DNA of 62,353 bases, counting the filler, from Nemertoderma westbladi (taxonomy: Eukaryota > Animalia > Xenacoelomorpha), in NCBI GenBank assembly GCA_032718475.1. It is 4 parts of 4 records of this genome, joined end to end, with 100 filler letters (N's around TTAATTAATTAA, not from the genome) between each part and the next. Parts side by side here need not be neighbours in the genome. Positions count along the whole stretch, not along the records: positions 1 to 24,009 come from JAUCBJ010002804.1; positions 24,110 to 39,888 come from JAUCBJ010005810.1; 2 more parts are not named here. One strand, 5' to 3'. Shown in pieces: positions 12,431 through 24,674 of the stretch. Position numbers and translations under genes: made by a program. Under the pieces are notes generated by a model. The model did not search any database and was not told the DNA's origin. It saw only the letters and a list, made by a program, of their open reading frames with translations. The first letter of the stretch is position 1; every line of letters begins with the position of its first letter.

Positions 12431-15400
12431 TGATACGATTATCAAGAATCACTGGAGGTTGGCTAGGGTAGTGGAAACCTACCCCGGCGAAGACGGAAGA
12501 ATTAGATCCGTGGAAGTGAGGATCGGAGGCAAGATAGGGGCCAAAGATAGGAAGACCTACAGGAGGGCGGTAGGAAAGTGCTGCCTTTTGGAAGGGTCAC
12601 CCTAACGTTGAGTCGTCCAATATATTGGACTGAGGGGGGTAGGAATGAGGGCGAGATGCCCTTCCCATACACTAAATAAAATAAAAATAAATAAAATAAA
12701 ATAAGTAATAAAACACTAGTACCACGGTACGCTGTAGGTAGGCATTATGTATGTCTGATGGGTATAGACATACCAACGTACATAATACACAAGTGTAGGT
12801 AGTTACAATTATGTATGTCGGACGGGTACAATAATGTACCAACGTACCTAATTTACATACGCACGTGAGGGCGCCACGTGAGGAGTTGAAGGGGGGTATG
12901 TAGGCATACCATAGTTGAGGGGTACACAGTACCGTAAACTTGTGGGCACTGAGGGTGCCACATGAGGAGTTAGGGGGGGGGGGGGGTATGTACGCATACC
13001 GTAGTTGAGGGGTACACAGTACCGTAAACTTGTGGGCACTGAGGGCGCTACGTGAGGAGTTGAGGGGTGGTATGTAGGCATACCGTAGTTGAGGGGTACA
13101 CAGTACCGTAAACTTGTGGGCACTGAGGGTGCCACATGATGAGTTGAGGGGGGGGGGGGGTATTTACGCATACCGTAGTTGAGGGGTACACAGTACCGTA
13201 AACTTGTGGGCACTGAGGGCGCCATGTAAGGAGTTGAGGGGGGGTATGTACGCATACCGTAGCAGAAGGGTACATAGTACCATAAACTTGTGGGCACTGA
13301 GGGCGCCACGTGAAGAGTTGAGGGGGGTATGTACGCATACCGTAGTTGAGGGGTACACAGTACCGTAAACTTGTGGGCACTGAGGGCGCCAAGTGAGGAG
13401 TTGAGGCGGGGTATGTACGCATACCGTAGTTGAAGGGTACATAGTACCGTAAACTTGTGGGCATTGAGGGCGCCATGTGAGGATATAGACTGTGTAGGCC
13501 GCACGAACTAGACTACTGTAGCGCATAGCCCATAGTACAGAGTTAGAACATTGCTACAGAGCCAGAAGATTATCTGGTAGGAAGCTACTACAAGAGTAAG
13601 AAATTGTAGCTAGTCTTCTCTGTAGACAAGTAGTGATGAATTACTTACATAGTAAATGACTAGTAGATATAATAATAGCACGTTAGATGAGGTTGGGGAC
13701 TAAACACAGCACTAATGAATCAGGGGTAAATTGGCACATAGAGGGGAACACTCGTACGAAACACAGGCAGAACAGATAGGAGGTAGGTCATCACTGATTT
13801 AAACTAATTAAGACCATACTTAGTTATCTGTTGCCCTGCTGAGCCTTTCTAAGGCACCACCAGTCTGGTGAGAGAGGAGAATCGTGATGGCGGAGAAGCT
13901 ATGAAGGAATTTATCGTATTCTGTGGAGGGGGGCGGATATATGGTCCCGGATGACATGGAAACAGTAGAGGATGGCGGTGGGACAAGAAAGGGGTCAGGA
14001 GGGTCGAGTAGAACTATATTGCTGTATTTAGTAGCGGTAAACGGAGATATTTTTCTGTTTGACCTAGCGACCTATGGTAGTAAGAAGACTGGGCCAAAGT
14101 TGAACCTCCTGTCGGATGCGATGCAGAAGCTGGTAAGGTCAAAGACTACGATCGAGATTGGATATCACTTCCGAAAGAGAAGATATCACTTCCGAAAGGG
14201 GGGGGGGGGGGGGGTTAAGACACGTCGTGTAGACGAATATATAATATATAATATACGTACTATAGTCAGATACAACCTTTTCCAATTAGCTACTGGGACT
14301 GGGGACTAATTGACTGGAACAGGAGAACGGGACAATGGCGGATCTCACTGACATGGTGCACACATGCTTGGGACCCGATAAGAGTGAGGAGAGTGACAGC
14401 GAAAACGGATTGAGTATGGGAGGAGTATGGGGAGGACGTGTTAGGGTATGGGGGAGTAAAATGGGCGCGAGATTCAAGTGTGGGGAGCGAGCATAGAGGG
14501 GGATGAGTCCCAAGGGACTGGAGAGAGAGGAAGGGACAACAAAGTCCGAGAGGTAAAATTGTGTGAGGAGTGAGGGCGATCGTCTAAAACAGAGACGCCA
14601 GATGCCTTGGTACATACAGCTTAGCTCGCAGGTGTACCAAGGATGGGTAGTGATAACAGACCCATGGGGGCCGGCCTGGAAAGCCGACCCCGAGAAGGAT
14701 ATTCCACCCCACATCCAATATTAGATTGGATTCCAGCGGAATTGAAGCGCACTTAAGGTTGATGCTATCTTCTCACCGGGAAGATAGCATGGGGGGGAGT
14801 GTAAGCGGATTCAATTCCCTGCACTACCCACCGAAAATGGGACTAGTGGCATTTTACCAATTATAGCTGGCGAGGTGACATTACCTATAATAATGTCACC
14901 TCACAACCAACTAAGGCGATACACGCCGCAAGCCACAGGGAGAGTTGAGAGGTCAAACCATCTCAGAGGGACAAACAGGCTAGCCAGAGGGACAAACAGG
15001 CTAGCAAGGCTAGTACGTGGGGATAGTGGCAACAGGGAGTGGCGAGGTGACAATTAATCAGGTTAAGCCAATGGTGGGTGGGAGAGCACATTGGGAGTGA
15101 TTAGAGCGCATCTATTTGACACTCAGGCCACTCGGTAGTGTAGAGCTGATTTAGTATGTGTTAATAATAATATAACTGTTGCAGTTATTGATTCTGATTC
15201 AGTTGGTTTTCCTATACAGTTGTGAGACCGGAACAGTTTTTAACCGTCGTCACTAACCGTGCTATTATATTCAGACTGTGCTATTATTACGTTCTGTGAT
15301 TATAAAGACTGACAGTAAAACCTCAGTTATTTGAACGGCCTTCGGCCTATTACATATCCAGATTACAGCTTTAGCAGCCTACGGACGCGGCGACGCGTAT

Positions 15401-15452
15401 AACACACACCGGTCGGGATTCATTACTGCCAACTCCGGTGGATCCCGTCACA
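12431..15452 (+). mobile_element. 3' portion of a BEL/Pao LTR retrotransposon: integrase C-terminus, ~2.2 kb 3' region, PPT, 3' LTR 14800-15452
   Basis: KNHWRLARVVETYPGEDGRIRSVEV..TYRRAVGKCCLLE* (DUF5641-type tail, stop 12603-12605); hairpin+PPT gaagatagcatgggggggag, then TGTAAGCGGATTCAATTCC...GATCCCGTCACA, the same termini as the element at 18276-22808. Confidence 0.85.
12855..13480. repeat. ~84-bp tandem minisatellite (about 7 copies) inside the BEL 3' region
   Basis: Unit gcataccgtagttgaggggtacacagtaccgtaaacttgtgggcactgagggcgccacgtgaggagttgaggggggtatgtac; 28-aa periodic ORFs. Confidence 0.95.
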
Positions 15453-15506
15453 CCCCCCCCCCCCCCCCCTCGAAAAAAATTAAGAAATTTGTTTTTTATT
15501 GCATCT

Positions 15507-16625
15507 ACTATTACTAAGTCGAAAGAACTCGGACAGTGGAAATGAGATCCTTCCAGGCTTCCCGATTCTCCATAGTTGTCGCAATTTCGATTCTCCCAAG
15601 TTCAGTATCCCTTTCAAGTTGATCTATATATGTTGTGGCCGGTCGTCCACGACTACGCTTTCCATGAGTTGGTTGCCAGAAAAGTAGATCTGGTGGTACG
15701 ACCTCGTCTTTACTTCGCCAGCAGTGCCCACTGAATCTTAATCTGCGTTCACGGAGGGTGGTTGATACAGGTGGTATTGTACCATAAAGCTCGGCATTTG
15801 TCATGTGTTGTCTCCAGCTGATGTTTAGGGTTGCCCTTAGTAGTCTTGTGTAGCAACCATCAATTCGTTGTTCAAGTGATTTAGTCAGTGTCCAGGTCTC
15901 ACCCCCGTATAAAAATACACTTTCCACTGTGGCTCGGTGGGAACTGGGGAGGGTGCCTGGGGAGATCTGATTTCCAGATGGTATCCATTTTGGATAGAGC
16001 TACCCAAGCCTTTGCTTTCCTAACTTATATGTCATTTTTGCTACTCTCTATCCATGATCCAAGGTACTGGAAGTCGTCGACCTTCCTTAGTTGATTATTA
16101 TCAATGGTTGTCAAGTTTCCATCAACATTAAAGGTCATGAATTCGGTCTTGGTAACATTTATGTGCAATCCAACCTCCTTAGCAGTCCTCTCCACTTTAT
16201 TTAGTAGAAGCTGTGCATCTGCTAGCGTATTAGAGAGCAGGGCGATGTTATCCGAGAAGTCGGTGTCTGTGACTGTAGTTGCCGGATATCTACTACTTCT
16301 GCGTTCTTAAAGTGTGAATCCCAGATCTTCACCCTTTGTGGCTGTCCTCATTGCGTAATCCAGCACAATTACAAATAGTAATGGTGCTAATGTGTCACCT
16401 TGCAGTACCCCAGCCAGGATTGAGAAAAACTCAGCTTCACCATCTGGTGAGAGTACCTGTGCTTCTGTGTCACAATATAACAATCCAATGCCAGCAACGA
16501 TTATTTCTGGTATTCCATAAGCTCTTAGGATTTCAAGCATTTTACCTCTATGGATGGAGTCGAATGCCTTCTTGAAGTCCACAAAAGTCATGACTGCGGG
16601 GAGATTCTTTGATCGTGATGTGATG
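15507..16625 (-). mobile_element. 5'-truncated RTE-clade LINE (RT C-terminal half, degenerate)
   Basis: FVDFKKAFDSIHR, GVLQGDTLAP, LYGGETWTLT, RRLRFSGHCWR; tag-like tail; 9-bp TSD attgcatct at 15498-15506 and 16626-16634. Confidence 0.9.
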
Positions 16626-16789
16626 ATTGCATCTGGAGCAGAATTTAATGGGGATTTCAAATCTGAAAACCGCTTAGAGAGATCTCTTTTAGTTCTTTAG
16701 TTCTCGGGTTATCGTGGAATAGCTGTCTGCCAACCTGTCTGTCATAATGTAAGACAGACAACTGACAGGCGGACATACTACATTCTACC

Positions 16790-17496
16790 AAATATTAAAA
16801 CTGACATCGGAAATGAAATCAGTGACCCCGAAAACCCCCGTAAATATAATATTAGCTCGGTGGTTTGCTTCCTTCATGTCAGACACTATTAACCAACCAG
16901 ACCCCATACAGGTACAGTACAGTAACTGTACTGTAGTTTTGTGCAGGAAGGTTTGAACTTTGAAGGCGATTATCTCAGAATGACATTTTTTCGCACGAAA
17001 AATACTAATCCTCCACCATTTCTTAACCGTTTTTCGCTATTTTTGCTTTATATGAAAGATAATTTCACAGGCTTCAATGAATTTCACACACTTTTCTTAA
17101 TTTAATAATATTATCCCCATTTTTTTAATGAAAATTTACAAAAAAACATGGGATTTTTTAAATTTTTAAAAAATTGTGATTTTTTTTAGAAAATGGCCAA
17201 TTATCGGAAATAGAAAACGGAAAAAAAATTACGTGAAAATAAATATGCTGGTTCTAAAAAATGTGCTATCGAAAAATAATAATGGAAAATGACGGAGGAG
17301 TAGTATTTTTAGTTAAATTTTTAAAATCTGACGCAGGCCGCTAGGGGGCGCAAAAAATTTCATTTTTCAAATTTTTTATGTACTTTTGATGATTCTCTTT
17401 TCGATGGTATATCGTTTTCTATGAATTTTCAACCACATTGAAGACATAAAAAAAACTGTAGGGGGGGGGGGGGGGGGGGGGGCTACACACTCTTAA
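16790..17496 (-). mobile_element. Non-autonomous DNA transposon ending at TTAA (Kolobok-like); related copy at 44207-44740
   Basis: gacatcggaaatgaaatcagtgaccccgaaaacccccgtaaatataat (16802) is the reverse complement of ~44671-44718; both copies abut TTAA near a poly-G run. Confidence 0.45.
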
Positions 17497-17829
17497 ATAG
17501 GAAAGACTACTCTTTCTGTAAACGACTTATTTATACTGTAAAAAGTATACGAGCAGTAAGGGCAAGGAGAATATGAAATTATTTCTTAAGGCGTAAATAA
17601 ATAAGGCGTACATTAAAAATAAAGACAAATAAATGGTTGTCACACAGCTGCCCCCATAAATAATGAGTTTTTTAGTCCATAGATATTTACTGGATCTGGG
17701 AGGTGGTCGTCGGTAGAGTTTCCTGTTTACCATAGTTACCGGATAACTCTCTGTCTCTTTCAAGCAGACACAGACGACCAATTGGGCGATTGAGTTGTTG
17801 AGTTTCGAAGACTATTCCTTTCTTCTTAT

Positions 17830-18275
17830 GGTTACGCCTCATAACTACGAGTTCTACTGATCGTACTAAACCAAGGACTTCACTAAACCATCATCAGATA
17901 TATGGGTCTCGATGATACAACCTATCTGCCACCTCTTGTGTGGAAGATCCGAATCAACTATCAGTACCATGTCTCCAGCGCTGACATTTTCTTGCAGCGC
18001 AAACCATTTAGTTCTGAGTTGCAGGATTGGGAGATAGTGAAACGGATAGCGAAGCGACTGGACAATAATTGCATCAGTTGCCATATCTGTTTACATTATT
18101 CGTCCCTGTCGTGGATTTCAGACACGGGAAGCATGGCTACCGGCTTCTTGAGCAGAAAATGCGCGGGTGTCAACGCTTCTAGGGAATCTGGGTTCGGGGA
18201 GACTGGCATAAGAGGTCTTTCATTAAGATAGGCGGCGATTTCTTCCATTAGCGTCCATAGGAGTTCGTCAATGAG
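17830..18275 (-). pseudogene. BEL/Pao integrase C-terminal half (host element, downstream of the nested insertion)
   Basis: LIDELLWTLMEEIAAYLNERPL..ALTPAHFLL, then RTKW..AGDMVLIVDSDLPHKRWQIGCIIETHISDDGLVKS; joins in frame to 22814+ once the insert is removed. Confidence 0.85.
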
Positions 18276-21200
18276 TGTGACGGGATCAGTGGATCCCGAC
18301 CGGTTTTGTTTCGTTACGCGTCACCGCGTTGTTGTGAAAAGGATAATAGTTAGTTGTTCTGATATTGTTCGAGTAAATGAGTAAAACTAACGCAGATATA
18401 ATACAATAGCACGGTTGAAGAAGGCTGACAAGAGATAAATGTTGTACCGGTAGTGGCGGTGATGGTACGAAATGTCACCGTACTGCACCTGATGACTGAG
18501 TAAACTGAATAGGATACAAGCACTAACCGGTAATATATAATGATTATCTACTCTACTTGTGGCCTTAATACTTAGCGGATGCACTTTCCTTGTCCCCCAT
18601 TGGCCAATAACCTAATTCTCGGCTCCCACCTCTGTGGGAGTGTCCCCCCCCCCCCCCGCTGCTGTCACTTTCCCTCTCCAAGAGGTTTGACCTATAACCT
18701 CTTTTGTGTGGCTCTTTGGGGCCGTCTGTTGTCCCCGTTATTGGGGGTGATACGAGGTTGATTGTAATCAACCTCGTACTCCCCAATATTGCTTAAAGGC
18801 GCCACTTCCCAACTTTATGGGGTTATGTGAGGCGGAATTGAATCCGCTCACACTCCCCCCATGCTATCTTCCCGGTGAGAAGATAACATCAACCTCTAAG
18901 TGCGCTTCAATTCCGCTGGAAACCCGATCTACTATCGGGTGTGGGGTGGAGTTCTCTTACTTTGGAGTCGGCTTCCCAGGCCGCTCCCTCTGGGTATGAT
19001 GTTACTACCCTCTCTTGGTGCAACCGCAACCTATGTTGCACCAAGACATCTGGCGTCTCGGTTTGAGACAATTGTGGATTTCTCTCACACACTTTTAAAA
19101 AGCGCTCTCGCTCAAACTCTAACTTCTCACTCTAACTCTCCTCTAACTCCACTCTAACTCCACTCTAACTCCGCTCTGTTCTCTCCCCACACCTGAATCG
19201 CACTTGTCTGCACTCTCCACCACTCCCAAAGGCGCTAATCTTATTCTACTACACTGTGCTATCATTCTATCTACTTACCACTTACTTGCTACTTACTATC
19301 TAACTCTCTTACTACTTACTTACTTACTACTTACTATCTAACTCTCTTACTACTTACTTACTTACTCTCTAATTCTAATAACTCTCTAACTCTAACTAGA
19401 ACTCTCTAACTCTACCAACTCTTCTAACTACATGGCGCTTTCGGTGCCCACAACCACTCTGTTACTACCTCCATCTATGTGGTGCTTTCGGTGCCCACAA
19501 CCACTCTACTACTACTTTCTACGTGGCGCTTACAGTGCCCACAACCCCTCTACTACCCTCGGGTATGTCAATATACCACACTCCCTTTACCCGCCGACTT
19601 CTAACTTATCTAACTCCTAACTTTCTTACTAACTTCTATCTAACTATCTACTAACTATCTGACTACTAACTTCTTACTATCTTCTACTAACTTTCATACT
19701 TCTAACTTTCTATCTTTAATTATTTTATTGTTTTTACTTATTTTTAATTATTTTTGTGTGGGAAGGGCGTCTCGCCCTCATTCCCACCCCCCTCAGTCCA
19801 AAATATTGGACGACTAAACTTCTACTAACTTCATCTAAACTTCGAGGGCGATTCTTCCAACAGGCACTCTCCCACTGTTCCCCTTGTAGGTCCTGTAGGA
19901 TTCGCCACACTCTCCTCGCCAATTCCAACTCACCAGGAATTGGCGCGCATTGGAATTGGAAGTGGCGTCAATGTCGCGTTTTGCCAACTCCTGACGCAAG
20001 TGGTTGAGAACGTCGATGGCGGGTTCAGTGTCGTCCGAGCCCTGTTTGGAGGGAGTTCTGTGGTCGGCCATCAGTTCGCTTCTGCGTTACTCGGGGTTTG
20101 GGGTTATGCAGACAGGAGTACCGGTAGGTCCGTAGGTTTAGGAATGCGTGGTGGTTTCAGTTCACCAACACAAACACAACTGCGCCATGTATGGAGGTCA
20201 CAACTAACTGTGGAGCCGGAATAATGTCGGGCGTATAATATACAGGTAGTGACCGCACAAGTACAAACAACAACAATGCCGTGCTGGGCCGTCTGTCTGG
20301 CAGTGCGCCCTAAGGCTGGAGACCTAACTACTACAGCAGTACTGTACCACTGGACTAGCTAACTGCTGTCTATCGGTCGGTGGTATCCTGAGTCTGTGTC
20401 AGGGCGTAGTCTCTGAATCCTGGTGAGTCATCACTACAGTACCGCAGTCCCTGAGTATCTGCTGGCATATGGGGCGAGCCATGTAGTGTGGCGAGTTTGT
20501 ATCACTACAGTAACATGCACCCTGATGTCTCCGTCACCCTGGATGGAATCTTGGTTTTAACTGGGCCGCTAAGCGTCCATCCGAATGGTGTGAGGATTGC
20601 CGTCGGATCCCGCTGTCTGTCTTCGCCGAAGACCGTCTGCATTCTCTCGTGGGCCGTCGGGCAGTCCATTCCTAATATAATGGATACCATCCTAACGTCC
20701 ACCTCTGGTGTTGAGAAATCGATACTGTCCAGGAATCTATATTGTTCGACCTCAATGTTGGTTGGTCGCCTGGCGTTGATATTTATCGATTCTATCACCT
20801 GGATGGGGTCGATCGTCGACCCATAATTGCATCCCGGTGCAATCGCTGATATCTTGCACCGTCCCGTCCTCATCTCCAGGACCTCATCTTTACTTGAGAC
20901 GGTAGTTACCGCCATCCTATTCGGCCTCGTCTTTAGCCCTATCTCTTCGGCCACCCAATTCTCCACCAGCGTGAAGGCTGCTCCGCTGTCGACCAGCATT
21001 AATATTGTGACTGATCGGCTGCCTCGTCCTGTTATCTTCACTGGTACTACCCCGAGTAGTACTTTTCTCTTCCTTCTTACTCCTGTCGTGCTTGTAGCCA
21101 TTGTTTGGCCTCCAGTGTTCTACCACACAACGATGACATAGTCCGTTTGCGTCTGTGTAGGCTACACGATCTTGTTTGGGCAATGCTTGCCAGTGCTTCC

Positions 21201-22808
21201 AACTCATGGTCTTATGGGTTCCGTCCCTATGCAACTGACATTCAAATCCTGGATTGTAGCGTTCCCTGTATAGTCCCTCACGTATCGCACGTAGGTTTAT
21301 ATCTACTGATTTAGTGTTTTGGTTATCTGGACTCGGCCTACTAGGTGTGTTGGGATTATGTATATTTGTGTTGTTATTTTCTTTCTGTCTCTGCCACGGT
21401 GTGGCCCTACTCCCAGCTAACTGTGGGCTTGTAGCCCCCTGTGTGGCCGCGTGTGGTAGCGACTGTCTTACTCTCGGGAATCTTGTGTTCGGGCTTAGGC
21501 CTGTTGTATTCGGTCTTCGGTGCCTTCCCCAAACTATCCTCACTATAGACTGGGTCTGTAATCAACTCGGCTTCGTAGTTGAGGAAGTTTGACATTTCCT
21601 CTAGCCCTGGCTCCGCACCTTTCTTCTCCCGAGTGGAGAAGGCAATCTTCCTCCACTTACTCCGCAGCCAGATCGGCAGTGCCTGCGCTATCGTGGTGAT
21701 GTTATTAGATGCATTGAGTTAGTATGGCGCGTCTAGTGTCTTCAGCACGATTAACGCCTTCTCGACTTTGTTCGCAAACGTCTTTATCCTGACGGGGTTA
21801 TCCTGTAGGCCACCCGATGTTATACCCCTCAGGGTTTGCCGGATGATCTTGGCTGGGTGTCCGTATTCCCTGTCTAGGGCCCGCCATGCAGTCGTGAAGC
21901 CGCCCTCGATGCCCGGATACTGCCTCACGATGTCGTATGCTGGGCCTCCTGTATATACCTGTAAATATTTTAGGCACTCCGCCTGCGTCAAGTTCTTACT
22001 TAATATCTCGTTGCTGTACATGCGCCGAAAATTGCAGGTATTCTTCCGGCCTACTTCCGTCGAATTTAAATGGCTCGACTGGTGGTAACTCGATCCTGGT
22101 CTTTAATGCATCGATTAGTGTCGCCATTCCCATTGCCTGTGCTTCCAATGGGTTAGAGGGATGCTGTACAGATTCTCCTGTTGGGTGCGGTCCACCCGTT
22201 GGGCCTGTTGACTCTCTCTGTCTCGGATATATCATTGGGGGTAGCGGCCCCCTCCATATTGTTTTGTTTCGTTACGCATCACCGCGTTGTTGTGAAAAGG
22301 ATAATAGTTAGTTGTTGTTCTGATATTGTTCGAGTAAATGAGTAAAACTAACGCAGATATAATACAATAGCACGGTTGAAGAAGGCTGACAAGAGATAAA
22401 TGTTGTACCGGTAGTGGTGGTGACGGTACGAAATGTCACCGTACTGCACCTGATGACTGAGTAAACTGAATAGGATACAAGCACTAACCGGTAATATATA
22501 TTGATTATCTACTCTACTTGTGGCCTTATTACTTAGCGGATGCACCTTCCTTGTCCCCCATTGGCCAATAACCTAATTCTCGGCTCCCACCTCTGTGGGA
22601 GTGTTTCCCCCCCGCTGCTGTCACTTTCCCTCTCCAAGAGGTTTGACCTATAACCTCTTTTGTGTGGGTCTTTGGGGCCGTGTGTTGTCCCCGTTATTGG
22701 GGGTAATACGAGGTTGATTGTAATCAACCTCGTACTCCCCAATATTGCTTAAAGGCGCCACTTCCCAACTTTATGGGGTTATGTGAGGCGGAATTGAATC
22801 CGCTCACA
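18276..22808 (-). mobile_element. BEL/Pao LTR retrotransposon, non-autonomous deletion derivative, nested in another BEL integrase
   Basis: Near-identical LTRs 18276-18852 and 22261-22808 (5' LTR lacks its last ~27 bp); TG..CA ends; 5-bp TSD ATGAG at 18271-18275 and 22809-22813; PPT 18853-18860; no RT/RNase H motifs seen. Confidence 0.93.
20505..22235 (-). pseudogene. BEL/Pao gag (DUF1759-type, degenerate Cys/His knuckles) and aspartic protease, frameshifted
   Basis: ELPPVEPFKFDGS, AWRALDREYGHP, LCHRC, LLGVVPVKI..MLVDSGA, IILGMD, AILTPFGWTLSGP. Confidence 0.88.
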
Positions 22809-22813
22809 ATGAG

Positions 22814-23800
22814 ATACGCACGGCATGGCACAACAAAGTGGAACGCAGTCTTAATACTGCGTATAAGTCTCTCCCAACTTCCCTCCCCACCAAGGAGCAT
22901 CTGCAGCATTGAATGTCCAGCTGGATGCTGTCACTTTCAGCTAATCGTCTACCTGCCTTTGGTTCCAGTCGTTGACGTAAGCTTTAAACTTGTTATTGGC
23001 TCCGATTTGTACCTTTATCGGATCGCATAGTGTTGCTAGTTCCGAAACGGGCCATTTGAAACTGTTCATAGATAGATCATTCACCATATCCAGATGAATC
23101 GCTCTACAAGTCATACAAACAAACTACAACGCACCATCGTTTGGCTATGGGTCCTAGCGCGATACACTTCTATGGGGCCAAATAAATCCACACCAGTATT
23201 GGGTAAAGGGTGGTTCTTAACATCAAATATCATGCTAGAGAAAGAATCCTTTAAGCGCATCTGTGGATTTCTGAAAAACAGGAAATACTTCTCAGGATTC
23301 TCATAATATTGTAGATGTCTTAGTATCTCCTGTATTGGTATCATCATGCTCCCGGTAATCGATCTTATTAGCGAGAAACTATTAGTCGCCGATAAGTGGG
23401 GAGGTCTTTCACAGTATTGACCTTTTCGATGACACCAGATGACACCTGGGCCTTCCACTAAACATTTGTACGTGTACTAAATGCCTCAAATTCCTCGGAG
23501 ACCACCCGCCAGTAAAAAGAATGTTCATTCGGCCATCGAAAGTCATGAAGGCGAGTAAAATTAGTTTTTTTATCTGATGTATAGAGAGATGAAGCTACTG
23601 CTAGACTTGGTGTTGGAGGGGCCGGTTATTCTTTAAGAACCATGAAGCTAGTGTTATTCTCCTGCCTAAACCAGCGGGACTCCTATCTGAATCTCCGAAT
23701 TGCCGAAGACATATCCAGATATCGACCCTTTTGGAGGGATCTCAAGAAAGACGATATGCGTGGCCACCTTAACAGTGTTCGCTTCTTAGATTTAATAGAC
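22814..23800 (-). pseudogene. BEL/Pao pol/integrase N-terminal part (host element), decayed
   Basis: PLPNTGVDLFGPIEV, GSWERLIRSIK; continues past the nested element into 17830-18275. Confidence 0.75.
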
Positions 23801-24009
23801 AAAGATTATTGATACCTACATAATAGATATGCTGAGATACATTAATATTACGACTTCAATATAATGAGGAACTGATATTATTTAGGGAATTTTTATTAAC
23901 TGCGATAATTATTGATATGTAATAGAGTATGGTTACTACTTAACTACACCATGTCCTGGAATATACTTTCTACTCTACTATGTGTTTGATGCGGAATTAA
24001 GAGATTCAT

Positions 24010-24109
24010 NNNNNNNNNNNNNNNNNNNNNNNNNNNNNNNNNNNNNNNNNNNNTTAATTAATTAANNNNNNNNNNNNNNNNNNNNNNNNNNNNNNNNNNN
24101 NNNNNNNNN
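24010..24109. other. Artificial contig-joining spacer
   Basis: N44-TTAATTAATTAA-N44 (stops in all six frames), identical at three sites. Confidence 0.97.
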
Positions 24110-24674
24110 TGTAAATCAAAAATAGAGATGTTACAATTCATATTTAATGAAATGTAATTTTCAAAAAACGTCTCAAAAAAAGTACCAAAAGTAGGGTTAA
24201 AAAATGGTGCTATAACTCGAAACCTACCCAATATTTTTGAAAACGGTTTGCACTACTAGGAAGACAATCGATTTTTAGGAAAAGTCGTAAAATTTCAGAT
24301 TTCCAACTGCGTTTGTTTCAGAATTATAATAAAAAAACCACGGGGGGGGGGTCATATTGACCCCCCCCCCCCCCCCCCTCCCCCCGGGTTTAACCCTCTC
24401 AGTCCCGGCATGTTTTCCTACCCCATTAGTCCCCCGGGGGGGGGGGGGGGGGGGGGGGGTTCATATGAACCCCCCCTCCAAATTCATAAAGCAGTATGAA
24501 ATTTACATAAAATACATCAGACCCGACGTTTTCGCATATGCTGAGAATAATGGTGCAAATAATAATTTCACTGGACCATTTCTTGTGTCATTTTTGGGAG
24601 CACGAAAAGTGCTAGTAAATTTTTATTTGAAAATATTAAATACCAGGTTTTGCGATTAGAATCTTCTTTATTTA

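Noticed and set aside
12848-13526. Pro-rich repeat ORFs as an env-like or antisense gene of the BEL element
   Set aside because: They track the 84-bp minisatellite in several frames and shift with poly-G length changes
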